Origin: an uncultured bacterium
GTDB taxonomy: Bacteria; Chloroflexota; UBA5177; JANWHV01
Direction of reading: 5' to 3'
Assembly: GCA_963729625.1 (NCBI GenBank)
Contig: CAVSOU010000010.1
Location: 864,001 to 928,000 of the forward strand
DNA: 64,000 nucleotides
A model generated the notes under the pieces. The model saw nothing but the letters and a program-made list of their open reading frames with translations, made no database searches and was not told the DNA's origin. Each line of letters opens with the position of its first letter. Positions within the stretch are counted from its first letter, which is position 1. Of the stretch, positions 21,653 to 32,117 are shown piece after piece. Made by a program: the position numbers and the translations under genes.

Positions 21653-22618
21653 CTATGTGGCGTCTGGCGCTTCACGGCCAATCGGCTGTACCTCCAGAAC
21701 CAACTCAACGCCAAACTGCTCGCGTACCCGCGTGCGGACTAACTCGATCAGGGTGGCTATGTCAGCGGCAAGCGCGCCCGAGCGCGTCACCACGAAGTTG
21801 GCGTGCCGGTGAGAGACTGTGGCCCCACCGACGCATACGCCTTTCAACCCCGCCTGATCGATCAACCTGGCGGCACTCTCTCCCGGCGGATTCTTGAATA
21901 CCGAGCCCGCGCTCGCGCTTGCTAGAGGCTGCGTGGACTGCCTCTGGCGCTTATACGCGTGCATCTGCAAGCGAATCGCGGTCGGATCGGCAGCGCGAAG
22001 GTTGAACACCGCGCGCAATACGACCTCGTGGGAGACGCCGTGCTCGCGCAACCGGCTGTGCCGATAGGCGAGGCGCATCGCTCCGACCGGAATCCAGCGT
22101 GCGCCGTCGGCAGGAGAGAAGAGCTCGGCCTCGCGCAGCGTGTCGGCGATGCAGCCGCCATGCGCGCCGGCATTGCTCACGACCGCCCCTCCAACGGTGC
22201 CCGGGATGCCCGCGCTCCATTCCAGACCAGCCAACCCTGAGCGCGCCGCGCGGTTTGCCAGCGCGCTGAGGAGGACGCCCCCGTCCGCGCACAGCCGTGT
22301 TCCGTCAAAGGTGATGCATTGGGTGCGATTGAGGATCACCAGTCCCTCAACACCCAGGTCGCTGACCAATACATTGGATCCCCGACCGAGTACACACCAG
22401 GGTACGCCGTGGGCTTCCGACAGTTGCAGCGCACCGATCAGTCCGGCGATGGTCGTAGCGGTACAAAGCAGATCAGCTGACCCTCCTGCGCGCCAGGTCG
22501 TATGCGGCGCCAGGGCTCCGAGTACCGCCACGTCTGTGAGGCCGGCTCGGCTCTTGAGTTCGCCGGCGAGTTCAGCCAGAACGGCGGGGTGAGAGGTGTA
22601 AGGCTCGGATACCATCAC
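21653..22618 (-). CDS. murB: UDP-N-acetylenolpyruvoylglucosamine reductase
   Basis: LGRGSNVLVSD, GIPGTVGGA, NAGAHG, SAGSVFKNP, HANF. Confidence 0.96.
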   Translation of the reverse strand: MMVSEPYTSHPAVLAELAGELKSRAGLTDVAVLGALAPHTTWRAGGSADLLCTATTIAGLIGALQLSEAHGVPWCVLGRGSNVLVSDLGVEGLVILNRTQCITFDGTRLCADGGVLLSALANRAARSGLAGLEWSAGIPGTVGGAVVSNAGAHGGCIADTLREAELFSPADGARWIPVGAMRLAYRHSRLREHGVSHEVVLRAVFNLRAADPTAIRLQMHAYKRQRQSTQPLASASAGSVFKNPPGESAARLIDQAGLKGVCVGGATVSHRHANFVVTRSGALAADIATLIELVRTRVREQFGVELVLEVQPIGREAPDAT

Positions 22619-24048
22619 CGGCCACCAGGCTCTCGCGAGCGCAACGCATCCACAATCCGTGGCCCGCTCTCCGTGATACTGCCTGCGCCCATGGTCAGCA
22701 CAACGTCGCCTGCCACCGCCACGGCAAGCACAGCAGACGGCACATCTTGCAGATCTTCAACCAGTCGTATTCGCCGCGCGCCTAGCCGGGCCTCGAGCGC
22801 CTCGGCAAGCACCGCAGCGCGCATACCAAGCGTGTCGGTCTCTCGCGACGCGTAGATCTCGGTCAGGATTACCTGGTCTGCCAGATCGAAGGCCAGGACG
22901 AAATCGTCGAACAGGAGCTTGGTACGAGAGTACGTGTGCGGTTGAAAGAGCGCCACGATTCGCCGGCCCGTAAATCGGGCACGCGCCGCCGACAGCGTTG
23001 CACGTATTTCCGTGGGATGGTGCGCGTAATCGTCGAACACCACGATGCCCGCAGCCTCACCAACCATCTGAAACCGCCGGCTCGTGCCATGGAACTCAGC
23101 CAGCGCCTCGATTGCCTGATGAGCGTCTACTCCCGCGCTCACGCACGAGGCGACCGCCTGCAGGGCATTCAGGACATTGTGTCGCCCGGAAATCGCGAGC
23201 CGGCTGGGCATCGCGCCGAACGGAGATCGTATCGTAAATGAGGTGCCCGCGGCGCCCTCCACGACGCGGTCGACTTGCCAATCGGCGACGCATGGCGCGG
23301 GAGCGCAGGTCACGGTCGACACGTGATCCGGAGAGGCTAGCCGCGATAAATACGGATCCGCGTGGTTGACCACCAGGATGCCGCCCGGCCGCACGCGCCT
23401 GAAAAACTGCTCATACGCCTCATGCATGGCCTCGATATCGCCGTAGTACTCGAGGTGATCCGGCTCGACATTGGTGATCGTAGCGATGGAAGGGCTAAGC
23501 TGCAGGAAACTGCGATCGTACTCGTCAGCTTCGACCACTGCCCATGCCCCGTGGCCGAACGCCGCGCTCGCCCCGAGATCCAGCACCTCGCTGCCGACGA
23601 CATACGACGGGTCGAAACCCGCCCGAGCGAGGATGAGCGCCACCATTGCCGACGTCGTGGTCTTCCCATGCGTGCCGGCCACGGCAATGGTCTTGTGCGG
23701 TTCCAGCAGCCAGCCAAGCGCCGCCGCTCGTTTCACTACTGGAATGGCCGCGGAACGTGCGGCCGCAACCTCCACATTGCTCTCGCGAACAGCCGCCGAG
23801 ATAATGACGAGATCCGCGCCTTCGACATGAGCCGCGTTATGCCCCAAGTGGAACACCAGCCCTTGCGCGGCAAGCCGGCCCATCTGTGCAGTGCTTTGCG
23901 AATCCGATCCGCTCAAGGAGTACCCTCGCGCAAGCAGCACTGCGGCGAGAGCGTTCATACCGGCGCCCGCGACGCCGATCATGTGGATTCGAGCGCCCGA
24001 GTGCAGCGCCCTTAGCGGCGCTTGCGCCTGGTCAAGAGTCATGTGCAC
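22615..24048 (-). CDS. murC: UDP-N-acetylmuramate--L-alanine ligase
   Basis: IGVAGAGM, AGTHGKTTTS, EADEYDRSF, DDYAHHPTE, FQPHTYSRT. Confidence 0.97.
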   Translation of the reverse strand: MHMTLDQAQAPLRALHSGARIHMIGVAGAGMNALAAVLLARGYSLSGSDSQSTAQMGRLAAQGLVFHLGHNAAHVEGADLVIISAAVRESNVEVAAARSAAIPVVKRAAALGWLLEPHKTIAVAGTHGKTTTSAMVALILARAGFDPSYVVGSEVLDLGASAAFGHGAWAVVEADEYDRSFLQLSPSIATITNVEPDHLEYYGDIEAMHEAYEQFFRRVRPGGILVVNHADPYLSRLASPDHVSTVTCAPAPCVADWQVDRVVEGAAGTSFTIRSPFGAMPSRLAISGRHNVLNALQAVASCVSAGVDAHQAIEALAEFHGTSRRFQMVGEAAGIVVFDDYAHHPTEIRATLSAARARFTGRRIVALFQPHTYSRTKLLFDDFVLAFDLADQVILTEIYASRETDTLGMRAAVLAEALEARLGARRIRLVEDLQDVPSAVLAVAVAGDVVLTMGAGSITESGPRIVDALRSREPGGR

Positions 24049-24057
24049 GACCTCGCA

Positions 24058-25194
24058 TCAGAGCCTTCCCACGCCCGCCACGCGGCGGACAATAGTCGCG
24101 ATGGCGTCCGCGGCGTCCGGCCGCGCCAACGCTCGCATCTTCTCCGACATAGCGTCAAGCCGTGGATGGTCCCGGAGCAACGCAAGCACACGCTCGCGCA
24201 GAGACTCGGGCGAGAGAGCGGAGTCGAGCAGTACAACAGCCGCGCCTTGTTCCTCGAGATAGCGCGCATTGGTTATCTGGCTCGAGAATGGACCGGGAAC
24301 CATGATCGCCGGCACGCCGGCCAGTGGGAGCTCGGCGAGCGGCGCGGCGCCGGCACGGCAGACAACCAGGCTAGCAGCGGCAATTACATCTGCCATTTCA
24401 GAGGCGGGCAAGTAGCTGAACAGACGGTATCGTCCCCGCAGTACCTGCGGCAGAGCTGACTGCCGAGCCTGCTGCTCCGCGAGGTCGGCATCGCCGCAGA
24501 CGTGCAACACCTGAGTGGCCAGCAAGATATCCGGCAGTGTGCCAGAAATCGCCTCGTTGATAGTGTGCGCGCCTTGACTTCCGCCAATCACGGCCAGCAC
24601 GGGGAGCGAGGGATCGAGATAGAGACTGGATCGAGCCTTCTCGCGATCCATATGCAGGAACTCTGGTCGCACCGGGTAGCCGGTCAACGTCGCGCGATCG
24701 GGCGGCAACTTCGCCATAGCAGGCGGGAATGCGGCGGCAATCGCCGTCGCGACCCGAGCGGCGGCATCGCTCACCCACCCCTGATCGATCTCCACGGCGA
24801 GCACTACCAGGGGCACGCGGTGCGCGAGACTCGCGGCCACCACCGGTGCGCAGACGTAACCGCCCGACACAAGCGCCACGTTTGGCCGAAACCGCTTGAC
24901 AACGCGCGCCGCCTGCACGAAGCCACCGGCGAGGCGTGCAACATTTGGAATGGCGCGGATACCCATGCCACGCAGTCCGCCCGCCTCGATCTGTGCAAAT
25001 GGGAGCCCCGCCTCTTCGACCAGGCGGCGATCGATAGGCCTTGGTCCGCCGACATAGAGAAACTCAACGGTTCCGGGCGTGGTTCCGCTCGCGCCAGCTG
25101 CCACGCGCTCCCTGGACAGGGACTTGGCGGTCGTGAGGCACGGGTAGATGTGGCCGCCTGTTCCCCCACCAGAAATGAGTACCCGTAAGGTCAC
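24058..25194 (-). CDS. murG: Lipid I N-acetylglucosaminyltransferase
   Basis: GGGTGGHIYP, GGYV, GGSQGA, RAGA, Q..NA; GTG start after GGAGG. Confidence 0.95.
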   Translation of the reverse strand: MTLRVLISGGGTGGHIYPCLTTAKSLSRERVAAGASGTTPGTVEFLYVGGPRPIDRRLVEEAGLPFAQIEAGGLRGMGIRAIPNVARLAGGFVQAARVVKRFRPNVALVSGGYVCAPVVAASLAHRVPLVVLAVEIDQGWVSDAAARVATAIAAAFPPAMAKLPPDRATLTGYPVRPEFLHMDREKARSSLYLDPSLPVLAVIGGSQGAHTINEAISGTLPDILLATQVLHVCGDADLAEQQARQSALPQVLRGRYRLFSYLPASEMADVIAAASLVVCRAGAAPLAELPLAGVPAIMVPGPFSSQITNARYLEEQGAAVVLLDSALSPESLRERVLALLRDHPRLDAMSEKMRALARPDAADAIATIVRRVAGVGRL

Positions 25195-26764
25195 TGCGAT
25201 CCTCCGGCAACGGCTCGACATGCCGCGATACGTTGAGCAAAATGCCAACGGCCAGTAAGTTTACCACGAGAGAATTGCCACCGTAACTGATGAACGGCAA
25301 CGGCACACCGGTGAACGGGATAGTGTTGGTCACCGACATCATGTTCAGAAGCGCCTGTACGACGAGATAGCTGGTGATGCCCGCCGCGAGCAGCTTGCCG
25401 AACGGTTCCGCGGTCAAGAGGCTGACGCGGATGCCACGATAGGCGAAATAGGCGAACAGCCCGACTACCACGAGACAGCCGACCAGCCCCGTCTCCTCGC
25501 CGATGGTCGCGAAAATCGAATCGGAATTTGCGGCAGGAATGAAATCCTTCATCTGGCCGTTGCCGAGTCCAACACCGGTCAGACCACCGTGCCAGAACGC
25601 GAGCAAAGCGTGAGATATCTGGTAGCCCAAGCCCAATTGATCGTCCCACGGATGCTGCCAGGCCTGGATGCGCGCGCTCCAGTAGTTGCCTTTGTGCGAC
25701 ACGAAGTATGCAATAGGGAGGAACAACGCCGCCAGCATGACGAGGTGCGGCAGTCGCGCCCCCGACACAAAGAACATGATCACCATGGCGCCGCTCACCA
25801 CCGCGGCAGTTCCCAGATCCGGCTGCTGAAAAATAAGCAGTGTCGTGAAACCAAGCACAAGCAAGAACGCGAGAAGGCCCATGAACGATTGTTTGACCTC
25901 TTCGGGCTTTCCGGCGAGCCACGTAGCTGCGTATATCGTCAGCGCGAGCTTCCCGAGTTCGCTTGGCTGTATCGACTGACCTTTAAAGTAGAGCCAACGC
26001 GAGGAGCCACCGGACGAATGGCCAAGCCCTGGAACGTGCACCGCGATCAAGGCCAGAGCGGTGAGAATCAAGAACGGCATAGTCCAGCGCCGGATCGACA
26101 TGTAGTTTATCCGCTGCCCGAAATACATCGCGATCAGACCGAGCGCCACGGATACGAGCTCTTTTTTCATGTAGTAATTCACGTCGCCGTTGACCTGATA
26201 GTCCTGGACCATGCTCGCGCTATAGACAAACACAGTGCCAAGGACCAGCAGGCAGATGATGGTCGCGAGCAGGCGCACGTCGACCTGCGGTCTCAACACG
26301 TCGGCCTCAGCCGAGAGCCTCTCCTCAGATGCGCTTGACTCGGCTTGGGCGCCTTCAACAGGCGCTGTACCGGCCACCATGCGCGTGGCCATCATCTCGG
26401 TCGCAGCAACAAGTGGCGGGCGCGGCCGGCTCATGGGCTGGGTCTTCCGTGCCGCCGACGGCCCAACGTCTACGCCCTGCACCGGAGGTCGCACGAAGGC
26501 GCTAGCCTTCGCCACGCAGCGCCCAAGTAACGCTGCCGACGCTCGCAGCGGCATGACGGAGGCCACCGCGCGAAGCGCAGGACCTAAACGAGGACTCGGG
26601 GGAGGCACGGAGTCGGACTGAAGGTTGCGCGAAGCGTAGGTCCCAGGGACGCGCGCAGAATACCCCACCCGGCGTGTTCCGCGGTCGGCATCATGATGCG
26701 GCGTGGGATCTTGCCTTCGCGCGTGCTGCGCCGCACCTCCGCCCTGTTTCCGGTTAGCTGCCAC
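25064..26764 (-). CDS. ftsW: SEDS family peptidoglycan glycosyltransferase FtsW with long N-terminal extension
   Basis: VYSAS, RWL, IQPSELGK, QPDLGT, GYQ, DSIF..IGEE.G, GVPLPFISYGG. The 3' end overlaps murG. Confidence 0.93.
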   Translation of the reverse strand: MAANRKQGGGAAQHARRQDPTPHHDADRGTRRVGYSARVPGTYASRNLQSDSVPPPSPRLGPALRAVASVMPLRASAALLGRCVAKASAFVRPPVQGVDVGPSAARKTQPMSRPRPPLVAATEMMATRMVAGTAPVEGAQAESSASEERLSAEADVLRPQVDVRLLATIICLLVLGTVFVYSASMVQDYQVNGDVNYYMKKELVSVALGLIAMYFGQRINYMSIRRWTMPFLILTALALIAVHVPGLGHSSGGSSRWLYFKGQSIQPSELGKLALTIYAATWLAGKPEEVKQSFMGLLAFLLVLGFTTLLIFQQPDLGTAAVVSGAMVIMFFVSGARLPHLVMLAALFLPIAYFVSHKGNYWSARIQAWQHPWDDQLGLGYQISHALLAFWHGGLTGVGLGNGQMKDFIPAANSDSIFATIGEETGLVGCLVVVGLFAYFAYRGIRVSLLTAEPFGKLLAAGITSYLVVQALLNMMSVTNTIPFTGVPLPFISYGGNSLVVNLLAVGILLNVSRHVEPLPEDRSDLTGTHFWWGNRRPHLPVPHDRQVPVQGARGSWRERNHARNR

Positions 26765-28124
26765 CTAGTGCCCCCACGAGCTCTCGGAACCGTGCGCCGC
26801 GCGCCTCGAAATTGGAAAACTGGTCGTAGCTGGCGCAGCCAGGCGAGAGAAGGACCACGTCGCCGGGCTGCGCGAACGCCGACGCGTCCGCCACGGCATG
26901 CTCGAGATCGACGCTTCTACGCACGTTGTCCGCCGTAAGCACGTGTTTTCCTGGCTGGGCCAGCGCTTCCTCAAGTTGTGCAGCGATGAGCTCCTGCGCC
27001 TCGCCGATCAGCAGCACCGCGCGAGCTCGCTTTGCCACGTTTCGGCAGAACGCTTGCCACGGGAGGTCCTTGTCATGACCGCCCAAAATCAGTACCACTG
27101 GCCCATCGACTCCGTCGAGCGCGGCTTGCGCGCGATCGGGCGTGGTGGCGATCGAATCGTTATAGTAGCGCACGCCGTCGAGGATACGAACGAGCTCAAG
27201 GCGATGTGATACGCCGGAAAAGTCGTGCAGCACATCCCGCATGGCTTCGACCTCGACGCCCATCTCATCCGCCGCCGTGATCGCCGCGAGCGCGTTCGCC
27301 ACGTTATGGAGACCGGGCACGCGCAGAACACGGCGGGTGCACACCGGTATGCTGAACCCGCCGCGACGGACGCACAGCATGTCACCCTCCAGAACCGCGC
27401 CATCGGACTGTGCGGACTCCAGGCTGAAGTATAGCACGCGACCGCCGGCAGACCGGGCAAAGAGTGGAGCATACGCGTCCTGTGCATTGAGCACCGCGAG
27501 ATCGCTCTGGTGCTGATTCTGGACTATGTGGAGCTTCGCGGCTGCATACTCGTTCATTGTCTTGTGCCGATCGAGGTGATTAGGCGTGACGTTTGTCACT
27601 ACGGCGATCCGCGGGCTCGCCGCCAGCCATTCGAGCTGAAAACTGCTCATCTCCAGAATCACCCAATCAGTCGGGCGCATGTCTCTCGCCTCGTTCAGAA
27701 GTGGCCTCCCAATGTTGCCTCCGACGTGAGCCACCAAACCACCCGCCTCCGCCATGAGGCCCAACATTGTCGTGGTCGTCGTCTTTCCGTTGCTTCCAGT
27801 GATGCCCGCGATGGGTGCTGGACAGATGTCAAAGAAGACATCCGTTAGCGCCGAGACGCGGATGCCACGAGCCAACGCAACCTGAACGACCCGAGCCTCC
27901 TTGGGCACGGCCGGATTCACATAGACGGTGTCAAACGGCTCCAGGTCCGGGCAGTCGTTGCCGGCGACAAGCACGGCACCGAGCATTGCAGCGGTTTCGG
28001 CAGCCGCCCCAAGCTCAGAGGCGGGTCGGCCGTCACAGACCGTCACATCCGCTCCCGAATCGCGCAGAAAGCGTGTCAAAGCCAGCCCTTCGCGACCAAG
28101 CCCCACGATCAGCGATCTGGCCAA
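26754..28124 (-). CDS. murD: UDP-MurNAc-L-Ala--D-glutamate ligase
   Basis: ITGSNGKTTT, GGNIG, EMSSFQL, NHLDRH, YNDSIAT, LLSPGCASYDQF. Confidence 0.97.
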   Translation of the reverse strand: MARSLIVGLGREGLALTRFLRDSGADVTVCDGRPASELGAAAETAAMLGAVLVAGNDCPDLEPFDTVYVNPAVPKEARVVQVALARGIRVSALTDVFFDICPAPIAGITGSNGKTTTTTMLGLMAEAGGLVAHVGGNIGRPLLNEARDMRPTDWVILEMSSFQLEWLAASPRIAVVTNVTPNHLDRHKTMNEYAAAKLHIVQNQHQSDLAVLNAQDAYAPLFARSAGGRVLYFSLESAQSDGAVLEGDMLCVRRGGFSIPVCTRRVLRVPGLHNVANALAAITAADEMGVEVEAMRDVLHDFSGVSHRLELVRILDGVRYYNDSIATTPDRAQAALDGVDGPVVLILGGHDKDLPWQAFCRNVAKRARAVLLIGEAQELIAAQLEEALAQPGKHVLTADNVRRSVDLEHAVADASAFAQPGDVVLLSPGCASYDQFSNFEARGARFRELVGALGGS

Positions 28125-28276
28125 ACCTTGTCCTTTCCTTCAATCCAGGCGCCGACCGTGCAAAGATCTCTCTTTCCGTAGGTCAACGGCGGGCCTGCCC
28201 GGCTCCCGATCAGCATGCGGCGAGAGAAGATCGCACTGGGAAGTGTACCCCACTGGGGACCTACCCTCGCGCCGCC

Positions 28277-30697
28277 TCAGCGGAGCGTGACTTCAATCGT
28301 GTGTTCCCCGAAGCCGAAGATCGGCGCGACATTGCCTGCCACGACCTCCCCGTCGACGAGCAGCGATCCTGTTCCCTTGCAGATGTGGTGGGGATTCTTG
28401 ACCGCAATAAAGTACCTAGCGTTGCGCCACCTGCGAACCATTTCGAAGCCGTTCCAGGCGCTGGGTATGCACGGGTCGACAACCAGGCCATCGAATGATG
28501 CTCGCACACCGAGAATCCACTGGATGGCAGCAACGTAACACCAGGAGCTCGTCCCCGACAGCCATGCGTTTCGCGCCAGACCAAATTGCGGGTGCTCATC
28601 GCCCAGTATGTTCTGCGGATAGCAGTACGGCTCAGACTCAAACTCGTCGAGATTGTCGTTCTTGGCGACGGGATTCATCTGGCTGTAATACTGAAACGCA
28701 CGATCGCCGCGGCCCAGCAGGCACTCGGCAATGATGGCCCAGGGATTCGCGTGGAGGAAGATGCCACCGTTCTCCTTCGCGCCGGGAGGGTATGTCGTTA
28801 CGCCGCCGAGTTGCGGATCGAAACCACGATAGCTCGGCCACGACAACTTGATCCCGTTTCGCGTATTGACGATCTGATGGAGGCTGTCCATTGCCCGTAC
28901 TGCCCGTTCGCCGCCGGCAAACCCCGATAACACAGGCCACGTCTGTCCGTTCGTGAAGAACCTGCCGTAACGGTTCGTGCGCGATCCGACCGGTTTTCCC
29001 GCGTCGTCGAAATAGCGTACCCACCAGTCGCCATCCCAGGCCGCGTCGTTGACTATGCGCTTCATCTCGTTGTAATAGCCTTGGAATTCGGCCTCCTCGT
29101 CGCGGCGGCCAGTGACGCTGGCCACTTCCAGCGCTTCGCGCAACGCCGTGCCGAAGAGATTCGCGTTAAACAGCGACTCGGACCCTGCGGGCAGGTTTAC
29201 CGTATCGTTCCAGTCGGCGTAACCGAGGTGAGGCAAGCCGTGCCGTCCACGATCGTTCCAGGTGAAGCGGAGCGAGCGGCAAACGTGCTCCCAAACGGTT
29301 CCGGTTTCAAGGGACAGTCCGGCGCGCCCGTCTTTGTCGTAGTACGGAATGAACTTGTCGAGAAAACCCAGGTTGCCCGTCTCTTTCAGGTAGGCAGCCA
29401 CAGTAAGCACGATCCACAGATGATCGTCGCCGTAGTAGCTTCGCCAGTGTTCATTCGCCGGCGCCTCGCCCGAAGTTGCTTCCATTGTCGAAGGAAAATA
29501 CTGATGCATCGCAGACCCGTCGCGCCGCTGCACGGACAGCAGATTCTCGGCCAACTCGCGTGCCTCCTCGGGCATGTGGCTCGTCACGCCGAGCAAATCC
29601 TGCGACGAGTCACGGAAGCCGATACCGCGGTCGGATCCGTAGCCAAGCTGGTAAAGGGAGAGATAGCGCGACCAGTTCTTCGTCGTGTAACACTGGCGCG
29701 GATTGTGCAGATTTACCAGGGAATTGAAACAGTCGTCGGGTGTCCGAACCTGTATTGCCTTGAGGTACTCGTCCCAGAACGCCGCCAGGCCGCGGAAGGC
29801 CGTATCGACGGATTCCAGGTTCCGGAACCTCTCGATCTCGGCACGGGCGGCGCCCAGATCGTGTGCCTGGCCGAGCTGCGTACACGCGCGGAACGTTGCC
29901 CCAGGCGCCAGCGCGCCGACGATAATGAGCAACGCCGCGATATTGTCGCCTCGCGAGCACTCTGAATTCGAGAGGAGCGGTGCATCGAGCGAGAGAGGGT
30001 GTGCCCAGGAACCCATCTCGTTGTTGCCAAGGAACCTGCGGCGGTCTCCCTCAAACGAAGCGACAGGCTTGTCCGCGGTCACGTAGTTGATGCAAGAGTC
30101 CCGCCGCATAAACGCGTATTGCTCCAGGACCACGTGTCCTGTAGGCTCGTAGTGCGATTTGAGTGTCATTGTTTGCGGAACCCAGTCCGCGTTCGTCAGC
30201 TGCTTGAGTGCGTCAAAGTGGCTGAATTCGTAAACCGGGCAAATGTCAAGTTCCTGCGGCGCGTCGCTCATGTTTGTGAGGCGGATGTCCTGGAGTAAAG
30301 TCGACGCGCCGGCCGGGACGAATATCGTAATCTCAATGCGCAGGCCCCGATGCTCGACAAGCCACCGCATGTATGACAGTCCGACGTGGCATTCCCATCT
30401 ATCCGGCCATTCCAGCGTCGGAGTGACGAAAGGGCTGAACAACGCATAGGAGCCGTCCAGCCGCTTGATACGAACATACACTGTGGAGCCCTTGAAGTCG
30501 GAGTTTGGCAGCCACGCAAGGTACTTGGTGATGCGGTTGAGCGCCGGATCGCCTTTGCAGATGAGACTGCCTCCGGTAGTGTCGACGATGCCGCCGAACT
30601 CGAGCGTACCGACATAGTTGCACCACTTGATTGGAGTCGCGGGCGTGGTCAGGACATATTCTCGTGTGGTGTCATCGAAGTACCCATATTTACCCAT
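28277..30697 (-). CDS. GH94 glycoside phosphorylase (cellobiose/chitobiose phosphorylase family)
   Basis: MGKYGYFDD..REYV, GIGFRDSSQD, ADWND, GAKENGGIFLH, WLSGT; GAAGGAG RBS. Confidence 0.92.
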   Translation of the reverse strand: MGKYGYFDDTTREYVLTTPATPIKWCNYVGTLEFGGIVDTTGGSLICKGDPALNRITKYLAWLPNSDFKGSTVYVRIKRLDGSYALFSPFVTPTLEWPDRWECHVGLSYMRWLVEHRGLRIEITIFVPAGASTLLQDIRLTNMSDAPQELDICPVYEFSHFDALKQLTNADWVPQTMTLKSHYEPTGHVVLEQYAFMRRDSCINYVTADKPVASFEGDRRRFLGNNEMGSWAHPLSLDAPLLSNSECSRGDNIAALLIIVGALAPGATFRACTQLGQAHDLGAARAEIERFRNLESVDTAFRGLAAFWDEYLKAIQVRTPDDCFNSLVNLHNPRQCYTTKNWSRYLSLYQLGYGSDRGIGFRDSSQDLLGVTSHMPEEARELAENLLSVQRRDGSAMHQYFPSTMEATSGEAPANEHWRSYYGDDHLWIVLTVAAYLKETGNLGFLDKFIPYYDKDGRAGLSLETGTVWEHVCRSLRFTWNDRGRHGLPHLGYADWNDTVNLPAGSESLFNANLFGTALREALEVASVTGRRDEEAEFQGYYNEMKRIVNDAAWDGDWWVRYFDDAGKPVGSRTNRYGRFFTNGQTWPVLSGFAGGERAVRAMDSLHQIVNTRNGIKLSWPSYRGFDPQLGGVTTYPPGAKENGGIFLHANPWAIIAECLLGRGDRAFQYYSQMNPVAKNDNLDEFESEPYCYPQNILGDEHPQFGLARNAWLSGTSSWCYVAAIQWILGVRASFDGLVVDPCIPSAWNGFEMVRRWRNARYFIAVKNPHHICKGTGSLLVDGEVVAGNVAPIFGFGEHTIEVTLR

Positions 30698-31194
30698 GGG
30701 CTGTATCACTCTCCTTCTCTGGTGCGTATCCAGGAACCAGGGCTCCAGTAGCTGAGGAAGGTCACCCATCCCAGCGCCGTTCGAGCCATGAGTCGGACCA
30801 AGCAGACTGTCGTGACAACATCCCAGCTGTAGCGGAATCGGCGCGGTTCCTGTGCCACCCTGGAGCGCCCGATGCCGATCATGCTGCTCACGGCGAAGCC
30901 GACCACTGCCATTGACCGTTTGCGGAGGCCATGTGCTCGAGCGTCAGTATACTAGACTATCCCCCAGGCAGGTCCACGGTATTCGGCGACACTATGCCGC
31001 GAGAGCGTCACGATTCTAGCCGCGCAAGCCCAGTCTCACACTAATCCGATCGCCGTCGCAGCGTGAAGAAACCGCAAGAAGTCATGGCCGAGCTACAATG
31101 CAGCAGGGGCCGGGTCAACTGCCCGGGGCGCCGGCTTCTGCATCAGTCATCGCAGCCCCAGTGCGACGTACACGAGCAGTGAGGGGAGCGTCTT

Positions 31195-31944
31195 TTGCCC
31201 GCACTACGCGCGGTGCTCTTCGATCTTGGCGGAACTCTCTGGGAATGGTATCCCGGCCTGACGCCGGAAGGGATCCTTGCCACGGTTGCCCCGAAAGCAG
31301 TGGAGCTGCTCACTCCGGACCAGGCGGCATCGGTGACACCGGAGCGTCTCGCTGCTGTAATACGCCAGACCTACCTCGAGCTAGAGGACGCTGCGCGCCG
31401 CGGCGACACGTCGCCGATGCCCAACGAGTTGATTGCGCGGCGCGGGCTGGCGAAACTGGGGGTGTCAATTGATCCCGCGACTGCCAGCGCGATCGTCGAC
31501 GCACTCTACGTATCGGAACGCCAAACTACCAGGCTGCTGCCTCATGTCGTGGAGATGCTCGGCGCGCTCAGCAGGTCCGGCCTCCGGATCGGTATCGTCT
31601 CCAACCGCATGTATGGCGGCGACCGGCTGCGGAACGACCTTGCGTACTTCGGCGTCGACCGGTACTTCAGCTGCATCGTGACCTCGGCAGAGGTCGGCCA
31701 GATGAAGCCGCATCCATCCCTGTTCCAACAGGCGCTGTCGGAGCTGGACCTGGCGCCGAGCGCCGCGATGATGGTTGGTGATGATCTGTGCTGTGATGTC
31801 CGCGGCGCGCTCGACGCCGGTCTTCACGCGGTCTGGGTGAGGCGCCCGCCTGAGCGTCGCGACGGTCCGCCCAAGGGCGTCCCATCGATCAAGGGCATGG
31901 ACGAGTTGATCGCGGCAATCGACAGGCTACGCGGTTCCTCGTAG
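31195..31944 (+). CDS. HAD-superfamily hydrolase
   Basis: VLFDLGGTL, IVSN, KPHP.LF, MVGDDL..DV.GA. Confidence 0.88.
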   Translation: MPALRAVLFDLGGTLWEWYPGLTPEGILATVAPKAVELLTPDQAASVTPERLAAVIRQTYLELEDAARRGDTSPMPNELIARRGLAKLGVSIDPATASAIVDALYVSERQTTRLLPHVVEMLGALSRSGLRIGIVSNRMYGGDRLRNDLAYFGVDRYFSCIVTSAEVGQMKPHPSLFQQALSELDLAPSAAMMVGDDLCCDVRGALDAGLHAVWVRRPPERRDGPPKGVPSIKGMDELIAAIDRLRGSS

Positions 31945-32117
31945 CCACGTGCCGCTCCGTCGCGCTGGAATTCGATGAGGCCGCGGAGTAGGTGCGTCGG
32001 ACCCGGAGGACCCCTGCCATCGCGGCATGCCGTACCATGAAGCTCCGGGGCCGCGCGACCAGTCCGGGCCGAGCACCGCAAGGACCCGGACCCTTCAATC
32101 GGGCCGCATCCGGAGGG

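Noticed and set aside
30706-30912. 68-aa ORF upstream of GH94
   Set aside because: No RBS or recognisable motif; cannot be supported.
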